From an uncultured Acidobacteriota bacterium (GTDB lineage Bacteria > Acidobacteriota > UBA6911), in contig CAVRAD010000006.1 of NCBI GenBank assembly GCA_963718845.1, positions 343,815-407,814 on the forward strand: a stretch of 64,000 nucleotides of DNA. Direction: 5' to 3'. The first letter of the stretch is position 1; the number at the start of each line of letters is the position of its first letter. A program made the translations under genes and the position numbers. The notes below the pieces were generated by a model. That model was not told the DNA's origin. It worked only from the letters and a program-made list of their open reading frames with translations, and made no database searches. Shown piece after piece: positions 56,897-64,000 of this stretch.

Positions 56897-59800
56897 TTAG
56901 CTGATATTTTCTTCTGCCGGTAGTGCGACCGGGGCTTCTTCTTGGTTTTCTACCATGCGTTTGCGCTGGAAGAATACCTTCGCGTCATCGAAGAGTGAAT
57001 AGATCACCGGAGTCACCAGCAGCGTCAGCAGAAGGCAGATCGCCTGGCCGCCGATGATTGTGACCGCCATGGAGGCGCGGGATCCCGATCCCGCGCCTTT
57101 CCCGAAAGCGATGGGCAGCATGCCTGCCACGATCGCAATCGTGGTCATAAGGATAGGCCGGAGACGTACGTGATTCGCCGTCATGATCGCTTCGTTTCGC
57201 TCCATGCCTTGCGCGATAAGAGTGTTTGTATAATCGACCTGAAGAATGGAATTCTTCTTAACGATTCCGAACAACATCATCAGCCCGATGGCGCTATACA
57301 CGTTCACGGTCATACCGAAGATCATCAAGGCAAACAAGCCGCAGGGAACGCTTAACGGGATGGCCGTCATGATGGTCAGCGGATGGATGAAGCTGTTGAA
57401 TTGCGAGGCCAGCACCATGTAGATGAATATCACGGCCAGGATTACGGCCACGAGGAAGTCATTCGAGGCCTGGCTCAGCATTCTGGCGCTGAACCCGAAA
57501 ACAGCGGCATAGCCGGACTTGAGATGCATTTCGTCGACCTTTCCCTGGACTGCGTTGACCGCAGATTGCATTGGAAGGCCGTCGAGGCCGCCATTCAGCG
57601 ATATCTGCCGCTGCCGGTTGTAACGGTCGATGTTGGCCGGACCCGGTTCGAGCGCGAGACTGGCGATGTCGTTCACCTTGAGAGGGCGGCCGCCCGCGCC
57701 GGGCACGAGCAGTTCGCCCATCCGTGCCGGATCGTTTCGGAACTGTTCATCCAGTCTCAGTTTGACGGCGAATTGGTCGTCTCCTTCCTTGAATTTGGTC
57801 ACTTCATCTCCGCCGACCAGCAAGCGGAGGTTCGTGGCAAGTGAATCGATGGAGACTCCGAGGTCTGCCGCCCGCGTGCGGTTGATGCGGACGCGCAATT
57901 CCTGCGCCGTCGCTTCAAAGTTTGTATCCGCATCCACAATCCCGGGGATCGTTCTCACCCTGGCCAGCAAGTCCGCAACGTAAACCTGCAGCTGCTCGAT
58001 ATCCGGCCCTTGAATCAGCAGCTGAACACGGTTCGATCCTCCGCCTCCTCGTCCTGCGCCTGCGGTCGAACTGCCGGATATGTCGGTGCCGCCCGAAACG
58101 CTGGCCCTGGCATCGGGAAACCGCCGCACAAAAGTGCGCGCATCCCGCATCAACTGCTGCTGCGATACCTTCCTTTTCTCGAGCGGGGTAAGGCCGACAT
58201 AGAAATTTGCGTTTCCGGCGTTGATCGTCGCGAAAACAGTTTCAACTTCGGGCAGCTTCCGGAGACCTTCCTCGATCGGCTTTACGTATTCGTTGGTCCG
58301 GGCGAAGTTTGTGCCGCGGGGCAGCCGGACATTCACGCTATATTCGCTCTGGTCATCATCCGGCACAAGTTCCTTGCCCACGCGCGGAAAAAGCAAAGCC
58401 GCCGAAGCCGCCACGGCGACGCCGATTAGGACGATAGCCGGGCGGTGCCGAAGACTCCAGCCGAGCATCTTTCCATACGCGCGGTCGATGGAGACGTAGA
58501 AGCCCCGGGACTTGGAGGTTTTGTGGTGCACATGCGTGGAGCGCAGCCAGGTGCCGCAAAGGGCCGGAGTTAAGGTGAAGGAAATAAACATCGAAATCAT
58601 GAACGCAGAAGCCGAGACTATGCCGAAGCTGTAGAAATATTGTCCGATCTGTCCTGTCATGAAGGCGACAGGCAAAAATATTACGACTAGAGACAATGTC
58701 GTCGCCATTACCGCCAAGCCGATTTCGCTGGTTGCTTTGGATGCGGCTTCGCGGGGCGGGAGCTTCTTTTCCTCCACGTAGCGGAAGATGTTTTCCAGTA
58801 CCACAATCGCATCATCAATGACAATCCCGGTTGCAAGAGAAAGCGCGAGCATCGTCATGTTGTTTAATGTGAAACCGAGCGCTTTCATTAACGTGAACGT
58901 ACCGATGATCGATGCCGGGATGGCGACCGCCGCAATGATCGTGCTTCGTAAATTACGCATAAAGAGAAACACGACGATGCTGGCGAGCAGTCCGCCAAGC
59001 AGGAGGTGATGCTGAATCTCCGTAAAAGAGCGGCGGATAAAGATCGATTGGTCGCGGGTAGTCTGAACCTTGATGTCGGGCGGCAGGCTTTGCTTGATGC
59101 GCTCAAGCCGCGCCATGACCGCATCCACTACTTCGACGGTATTGGTGCCGGACTGCTTGCGGATGTTGAGGGAAACCGCTTCGCGGCCGTTCAACCTTGC
59201 AACGCTGCGCGGTTCCTCAACGGTGTCCAGGACCCGCCCGATATCCCCGAATGTGATGACCGATCCGCCGCTGTACGCAATGATGATCTTGTTGAAATCT
59301 TCAACGTTCTGAATGCGCCCCATGGTGCGCAGGGCGATTTCCGAGGGTCCGGACAGAAAACTTCCGCCGGGGATTTCAACATTCTGTCTCTGGACGGCGC
59401 TGCGGACCTGATCGACCGTCAGGCCATAGGCGTTCATTCGATCTGCATTCAGCAGCAGCTGGATTTCGCGGTGTCGGTCGCCGGTGAACGAGACCTCGCC
59501 GACGTTCTGAACGGTTTCGAGGACTTGTTTGATTTGCTTGTCGACGATCTGGCTGATCTCTTTCTGCGAGCGGTCACCGGAAACGGCGATCGTAAGAATG
59601 GGATTCGCATCCGGATCCATTTTTTGAATAACCGGCGGGAGCGTGTCTCTCGGGAACTGGTTGGTAATGGTCGAGACCTTGTCCCTCACATCCTGCACGG
59701 CGTCTTCGATTTTTCTTTCGAGGACGAAAGTGATCATGACCCTTGAGCTTCCCTGCTGGGAAGTGGACCTCAGTTCATCGATTCCGGCGATAGTGTTTAC

Positions 59801-60010
59801 AATTTCCTCGACCGGTTTGGTAACCTGGGTCTCAATCTCCTCGGCGCTTGCTCCAGGCAGGCTGGTCTGGACGACGACCATCGGGAAATCCGTTTTTGGC
59901 ATCAGGTCCAGGCCAAGCTGACTGTAGGAAGCGATGCCCAGCACCACGATGGCTGCAGTCATCATGAAAGCAAACACCGGGCGCCTGATGCAGACATCCG
60001 CAAGCTTCAT
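56897..60010 (-). CDS. RND efflux transporter permease (AcrB/CzcA superfamily)
   Basis: 1037-aa intact ORF with the 12-TM RND layout (MKLADVCIRRPVFAFMMTAAIVVLG, GIVIDDAIVVLENI, GIVKKNSILQVDY). Confidence 0.9.
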   Translation of the reverse strand: MKLADVCIRRPVFAFMMTAAIVVLGIASYSQLGLDLMPKTDFPMVVVQTSLPGASAEEIETQVTKPVEEIVNTIAGIDELRSTSQQGSSRVMITFVLERKIEDAVQDVRDKVSTITNQFPRDTLPPVIQKMDPDANPILTIAVSGDRSQKEISQIVDKQIKQVLETVQNVGEVSFTGDRHREIQLLLNADRMNAYGLTVDQVRSAVQRQNVEIPGGSFLSGPSEIALRTMGRIQNVEDFNKIIIAYSGGSVITFGDIGRVLDTVEEPRSVARLNGREAVSLNIRKQSGTNTVEVVDAVMARLERIKQSLPPDIKVQTTRDQSIFIRRSFTEIQHHLLLGGLLASIVVFLFMRNLRSTIIAAVAIPASIIGTFTLMKALGFTLNNMTMLALSLATGIVIDDAIVVLENIFRYVEEKKLPPREAASKATSEIGLAVMATTLSLVVIFLPVAFMTGQIGQYFYSFGIVSASAFMISMFISFTLTPALCGTWLRSTHVHHKTSKSRGFYVSIDRAYGKMLGWSLRHRPAIVLIGVAVAASAALLFPRVGKELVPDDDQSEYSVNVRLPRGTNFARTNEYVKPIEEGLRKLPEVETVFATINAGNANFYVGLTPLEKRKVSQQQLMRDARTFVRRFPDARASVSGGTDISGSSTAGAGRGGGGSNRVQLLIQGPDIEQLQVYVADLLARVRTIPGIVDADTNFEATAQELRVRINRTRAADLGVSIDSLATNLRLLVGGDEVTKFKEGDDQFAVKLRLDEQFRNDPARMGELLVPGAGGRPLKVNDIASLALEPGPANIDRYNRQRQISLNGGLDGLPMQSAVNAVQGKVDEMHLKSGYAAVFGFSARMLSQASNDFLVAVILAVIFIYMVLASQFNSFIHPLTIMTAIPLSVPCGLFALMIFGMTVNVYSAIGLMMLFGIVKKNSILQVDYTNTLIAQGMERNEAIMTANHVRLRPILMTTIAIVAGMLPIAFGKGAGSGSRASMAVTIIGGQAICLLLTLLVTPVIYSLFDDAKVFFQRKRMVENQEEAPVALPAEENIS

Positions 60011-61374
60011 GGCCGGCCTCCCCGCCCGCTTCCGGCGCGTGCACCGCCTGGAACAGGGTCCGCCATCATTTTCTGATTGCCCAAGCCGCCTGCCTGCGCG
60101 ATTTTGACCGGGACTCCCGTGGCCAGCAATGTCAGGTTGCTGGCAGCCAGGATTTCATCCCCCTTCAGTCCGCCGGTCAGTTCGCAGAGAGTGCCCAAAC
60201 GGATGCCCAGAGTCACCATCTGCTGACGGGCTTTGCCATTTTCAATCACATAAACGTTGGAGACGCCGGCCAGCGTGGATATTGCATCTTCAGAAATCGC
60301 CATCACGTTTTCATCGCGATGCGTGAAGATCACCCCTTTGGCGAAAAATCCGGGTTTGAGTCGGCGGTCTCTATTATCCACCAGGATCTCGACCGTGAAA
60401 GTGCGCGTGGCCTGATCGACCGACGGACTCACATTCGAAACCTTGCCGACGAATTTCTGCCCGGGAGCGGATTCCACCGAAAATTCAACCATCAAGCCTG
60501 GGCGCACCAAGCCGGCATAGCGTTCCTGAATGGCAGTTTTCACTTTGAGCGGATTCATCTGTACGATGGTGACGACCGGAGTGTTTTCGCGGATATATTC
60601 GCCCTGCTGCACGAATCGTTCGGCCACCTGTCCTGCGACGGAAGCGCGAATCTCCGTGTCATTCAGTTTTTTAACTGCAAGCTCGACCGCTTGCCGGCGT
60701 TCTTGCAGGGTTGCTTTGAGACTCTGTACCGTTTCAATCGCAGATTGATGATTTGCCTCGGTGACTTTTACCTTGGTCTCGGCTGTGTCGAGGTCGGCCT
60801 GGGAGAGAAGATTCTGGGCTTTTAATCTTTGAGCCCGGCGAAGCTGTGCCATCGCGTCGTCGCGATTGGCTATTGCCATGCGGATAGATGCGATCTGCTC
60901 GTCCGGCAGGGGTTCTTTGGTGCGCACTCCGTCGATGCCAAGCTGCGCTTCCGTTTGTCTCAGCTGGCTTTGGGCTCGCTGCAATGCCAGGTCAAGTTCG
61001 CGCGCGTCGAGCTTGACCACAACATGACCCGCGCCTACTTCCTGGCCAAGTTCAACGAATACTTTGCGCACAACACCCGCAACCTCGCTGCTGACTTTGG
61101 CCTGGTCGGGAGAAATCAAGGATCCGGCAAGATCCACCTGGCGCTGGATTGAAAGCCGCTGTACGTTCGTTGGTGCGACGGAAACCACGGTAGCCATCCC
61201 GGGGCCTCCTCTGCGTCCAGCTTTTCCTGCGCCTATGCCTTCCGGCGGCCCGCCCTTGCTATTGTTGGCTCCGCCGCTGCCACAACTGACTCCCAGAGCT
61301 AAAATAAGCGTTAACCCCACTGCAATAGACCCTGTCCGGCCTATATTCACGCCCAAACGTTTCATAATCACCAT
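60007..61374 (-). CDS. RND efflux periplasmic adaptor (membrane fusion protein)
   Basis: Lipobox-like LALGVSCGS, a coiled-coil hairpin (LDLALQRAQSQLRQTEAQL...), and barrel-sandwich plus beta-barrel regions. A 4-nt overlap links it to the RND gene. Confidence 0.85.
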   Translation of the reverse strand: MVIMKRLGVNIGRTGSIAVGLTLILALGVSCGSGGANNSKGGPPEGIGAGKAGRRGGPGMATVVSVAPTNVQRLSIQRQVDLAGSLISPDQAKVSSEVAGVVRKVFVELGQEVGAGHVVVKLDARELDLALQRAQSQLRQTEAQLGIDGVRTKEPLPDEQIASIRMAIANRDDAMAQLRRAQRLKAQNLLSQADLDTAETKVKVTEANHQSAIETVQSLKATLQERRQAVELAVKKLNDTEIRASVAGQVAERFVQQGEYIRENTPVVTIVQMNPLKVKTAIQERYAGLVRPGLMVEFSVESAPGQKFVGKVSNVSPSVDQATRTFTVEILVDNRDRRLKPGFFAKGVIFTHRDENVMAISEDAISTLAGVSNVYVIENGKARQQMVTLGIRLGTLCELTGGLKGDEILAASNLTLLATGVPVKIAQAGGLGNQKMMADPVPGGARAGSGRGGRP

Positions 61375-61467
61375 CTTTTCACAGTACCGTAATGACGGTA
61401 ATATTTACCCCAAATGCAACCGTATACTAATACGCCAGCCAATATCAGTTGTTTAGTGTTATTTACT

Positions 61468-61730
61468 GATTCCGGATTCCGGATTCCGGAATAAAAGCGG
61501 TTCCTATTCAGTTGCGAATTTGTGGTTGTTTTGTTGATTCCAGATTCCAGATTCCAGATTCCAGATTCGAGATTCCAGATTCGAGACCTACTTCTGACTC
61601 CTGGCTTCTGACTCCTGGCTTCTGACTTCTGGATTCTGGATTCTGGATTCTGGATTCTGGCTTCTGACTCCTGACTCCTGGCTTCTGGCTTCTGACTCCT
61701 GCCGACTGCCGACCAACGACTAACAACTGC
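61468..61730. repeat. Composite tandem array: TTCCGGA x3, TTCCAGA/TTCGAGA x7, CTGACTC/CTGGCTT/CTGGATT x about 18, then GACTGCC/GACTAAC
   Basis: I read it directly. The TTCCAGA block and the TTCTGGA block are imperfect complements (6 of 7 positions). It occupies the divergent region between the efflux operon start and ffs. Confidence 0.85.
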
Positions 61731-61792
61731 TTTTTGCCGCTTGTCTCCGCTGAAGGGATGCCGTAACATAAGGCTTTCGGCTAAAAAGCCAT

Positions 61793-61900
61793 GACGGGCC
61801 TCGGGCCCTGTGCAATATAACCCTCGAACCATGTCAGGTCCGGAAGGAAGCAGCATTAAGAGGTCAATTATATGTGCAACAGGATCCCCGGGGCTCGACC
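61793..61900 (+). ncRNA. ffs: Signal recognition particle RNA (small bacterial 4.5S type)
   Basis: The invariant domain IV sequence GTCAGGTCCGGAAGGAAGCAGC is at 61833-61854. The flanks pair: CCTGTGCAATATAACC (61807-61822) with GGTCAATTATATGTGCAACAGG (61862-61883), and CGGGCCTC (61795-61802) with GGGGCTCG (61890-61897). It lies in the classical position immediately upstream of dnaX. Confidence 0.8.
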
Positions 61901-61909
61901 CTTTTCCCT

Positions 61910-63631
61910 ATGCAATATCAGGTTCTTGCCCGCAAATGGCGGCCCAAAAATTTCAATGAACTGGTAGGACAGGAGCATGTTTCCCGGACTCTGATGAATG
62001 CCCTTCAGATCGGCCGGGTCGCCCATGCATTTCTTTTCTCCGGGCCGCGGGGCAGTGGCAAAACGTCGACTGCGCGGATTCTGGCGAAGGCGTTGAACTG
62101 TCACAAGGGCAAGCCAGGCGAGCCCTGCAGCGAATGCCCCTCCTGTCTCGAGATCGCCGCCGGCAATTGCATGGATGTTCTTGAAATTGACGCGGCTTCC
62201 AATCGCGGCATCGATGAAATCCGGGAACTAAAAGAGAAGACCCGCTATAGCCCGGCCAGAGACCGGAATAAGATCTTCATCATCGATGAAGTGCACATGC
62301 TCACGCAGGAAGCCTTTAATGCGCTTTTGAAAACTCTCGAAGAGCCGCCGCCACACGTCGTTTTCATACTTGCGACAACGGAATATCACAAGATTCCTGC
62401 GACGATCCTATCCAGGTGCCAGCAGTACAGTTTCAAGCTTATCCAATATCCTTTGATTATGGAACGTCTGCGCGAAATAGCGAAAGCAGAGAGCATCGCG
62501 ATCAGTGCCATAGCGCTCGAGCAGGTTGTCTTCTCCAGCGGAGGCAGCATGCGGGATGCCATGTCCGCCCTCGATCAGGTCATCGCCTTTAGCGGCGCCA
62601 CGGTGCGCGATGAGGACGTGACGGCGCTGCTTGGATTGGTCGAGCCGAAGGTTTTGGGGCAAACCGTGCGGGCGATCGCGGGAAACGATGTGGCGGAACT
62701 TCTGAAAATTGTCGCGGATCTCGTGGAGGTCGGACAAGACCTTAACAATTTCTGCCGCCGTCTTTCCGGCCAATTCCGGAACCTGATGGTGTTGAAGGCC
62801 GGAATCTCGGATCCTGCACTTCTGGGTATCCCGGAAAGCATTCTGCCAGACTTGCGCCAGCAGGCGGATCTTTTTTCACGGGAAGACCTCCTGCGGCTTT
62901 TCGACGCATTCCAGAAAATCGAGGCCGGGATGCGGTATGCGAGCCAGCTGCGTTTCCATCTTGAAATGGGATTGATTGAGCTCTCGCATATTTCCAGATT
63001 GCGCCCGATCGAGGACCTGATAGCTGAATTTTGTGCCGCTGAGGGAACCAGTTCTGCGCGCAATCCCGGATCTTCCTTTGTCCCCGCGCCTGCCGTGCCC
63101 GTGACTTCGAGTGCAAGCCCGGCCGCAGTCAATCCGGCTCCAAGGCGCCCTATTGCCCCGGCAAAAGAAAAATTCGCAGTGCCTGAGCCTGAACGCACAA
63201 CTCCCTCGATGCCTCCGGCTGAGAAAGCGCACGAAACGGCCGCTCCAATCGCGGATCCAAGAAATTTCCTGTTCAAAATAGCGGCGGCCGTAGGGAGAGA
63301 ATCCCTGGAGTCGTTGCTGCAAACCCTGGAGGGCGCCAGCTTGAAAGGAGAGCAGGTAGTGCTCCAGACGGGATCGGCGAATGAATTTGTCCGGCGGCAA
63401 ATCAAGGACAACCTTCCAGCTATTACGCAGGCTGCCATTCGCGTCGTCGGGAGCAAAGTTGCCGTTGTCCTGGGAGAGCCTCTATCACAGTCAGGTCAAA
63501 ATCCTCAGGAGATGCAGAACGCGCAATCGAACGACGGCGATCTTTTGGAAAAAGCCAAGCGCGAGCCAATCGTAAAATCCTTTCTTGACGTTTTTCCAGG
63601 CCCTGTAAAGGCGGAAAAAATAGATTCATGA
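61910..63631 (+). CDS. dnaX: DNA polymerase III subunit gamma/tau
   Basis: MQYQVLARKWRPKNFNELVGQEHV, Walker A GPRGSGKTSTARILAK, a zinc module (CSECPSCLEI), IIDEVHML and a SRC-type sensor. The track ORF start at 61874 would overlap ffs, so I prefer the ATG at 61910. Confidence 0.9.
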   Translation: MQYQVLARKWRPKNFNELVGQEHVSRTLMNALQIGRVAHAFLFSGPRGSGKTSTARILAKALNCHKGKPGEPCSECPSCLEIAAGNCMDVLEIDAASNRGIDEIRELKEKTRYSPARDRNKIFIIDEVHMLTQEAFNALLKTLEEPPPHVVFILATTEYHKIPATILSRCQQYSFKLIQYPLIMERLREIAKAESIAISAIALEQVVFSSGGSMRDAMSALDQVIAFSGATVRDEDVTALLGLVEPKVLGQTVRAIAGNDVAELLKIVADLVEVGQDLNNFCRRLSGQFRNLMVLKAGISDPALLGIPESILPDLRQQADLFSREDLLRLFDAFQKIEAGMRYASQLRFHLEMGLIELSHISRLRPIEDLIAEFCAAEGTSSARNPGSSFVPAPAVPVTSSASPAAVNPAPRRPIAPAKEKFAVPEPERTTPSMPPAEKAHETAAPIADPRNFLFKIAAAVGRESLESLLQTLEGASLKGEQVVLQTGSANEFVRRQIKDNLPAITQAAIRVVGSKVAVVLGEPLSQSGQNPQEMQNAQSNDGDLLEKAKREPIVKSFLDVFPGPVKAEKIDS

Positions 63632-64000
63632 GCGACTACGCCGAACCGATTGAGAAATTAATCGACGAATTCCGGAAGCTTCCGGGAATCGGGGCTAAAA
63701 GCGCGCAGCGGCTGACATACAGCATATTGCGCCGGTCCAGGGAGGATGCGGAGAGTTTGAGCTGTGCGATTCTCAATGTGAAGGAAAAAATCCGATACTG
63801 CTCCCGCTGCAACAACTTTTCGGACCGGGACCCATGCAACTACTGCAACAACGCCGCGCGCTCCAATGAGACGATTTGCGTCGTTGAAGAGCCGAACGAC
63901 ATCCTGGCCGTCGAAAAAACCCGGGAGTACCGGGGACAATATCACGTCCTGCACGGAGTCCTCTCGCCGATCAACGGCATAGGACCTGAAGACCTCAAGC
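63628..64000 (+). CDS. recR: Recombination protein RecR (N-terminal about 124 aa; continues beyond the window)
   Basis: My own translation from the ATG at 63628 (ATGA overlap with the dnaX stop) gives MSDYAEPIEKLIDEFRKLPGIGAKSAQRLTY. A Cys4 finger (CSRCNNFSDRDPCNYC) and the start of Toprim (ICVVEEPNDILAVEKT) follow. Confidence 0.9.
   Translation, partial: MSDYAEPIEKLIDEFRKLPGIGAKSAQRLTYSILRRSREDAESLSCAILNVKEKIRYCSRCNNFSDRDPCNYCNNAARSNETICVVEEPNDILAVEKTREYRGQYHVLHGVLSPINGIGPEDLK

Noticed and set aside
61368-61856. 162-aa minus ORF with periodic translation (QKPEARSQESEARIQNPESRIQ...). Similar ORFs occur at 55022-55318 (PFTPLLLYPFTPLPLY...) and 14824-15093.
   Set aside because: These translations simply follow the 6-8 nt tandem arrays. 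The periodic peptide is a by-product of simple-sequence DNA, not evidence of a gene.
61874-61909. The longer dnaX start proposed by the ORF track
   Set aside because: It would overlap the 3' half of the SRP RNA and adds a non-conserved MQQDPRGSTLFP extension. The conserved DnaX N-terminus begins at 61910.
63540-63625. A-runs near the dnaX 3' end (ggaaaaagcc, ggaaaaaatag) as a programmed frameshift or slippage site for a gamma subunit
   Set aside because: They are not an A AAA AAG heptamer. They are located within the last 30 codons, far too distal to generate a truncated gamma product.
1-64000. Prophage, integron, IS element or defence island
   Set aside because: I could find no integrase, transposase, capsid or terminase, restriction-modification, toxin-antitoxin or cas-like ORF in any frame. 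The only mobile-looking DNA is the non-coding palindromic element family.

Overview
This 64-kb window looks like a chromosomal segment of a Gram-negative bacterium. The gene content suggests Acidobacteriota: a TonB-dependent receptor with an N-terminal carboxypeptidase-regulatory-like domain, bshC, DUF4388 and a very long LmbE/PIG-L protein. That assignment is inference only. I support about 50 protein-coding loci, almost all housekeeping or transport: bamA, clpC, lolDE, lysS, nusB, ribH, pgsA, a B12-riboswitch-controlled ABC uptake operon plus TonB-dependent receptor, mtnA, tsaD, a GT2/epimerase pair, queG, a DEAD-box helicase, a CitE-like / MoxR / VWA / MaoC / thioesterase cluster, a Na+/solute symporter, bshC, argG, an NFACT protein, an RND efflux pair, dnaX and recR. 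I recognise two RNA elements from sequence: a cobalamin riboswitch (minus strand, about 23380-23575) and the small SRP RNA (plus strand, about 61793-61900). I saw no rRNA, tRNA, CRISPR array, transposase, integrase or phage module, and no convincing new multi-gene defence-type system. What is unusual: (1) most intergenic gaps hold locus-specific 6-8 nt tandem arrays arranged as long imperfect inverted repeats, the largest about 300 bp; (2) a roughly 275-bp nested-palindrome MITE/REP-like element occurs in two copies, with a shorter relative; (3) a 144-bp promoter-plus-leader segment is duplicated in front of a DUF4139-like gene and a small membrane ORF; (4) about 30 reading-frame breaks are strongly clustered in some genes (TonB receptor, aldehyde dehydrogenase, a 3-kb decayed island, clpC, lolE, queG, a SurA-like PPIase, btuC-like, DUF512), while several 2-3 kb genes are intact. 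Family names come from motif recognition by eye. No database search was possible.
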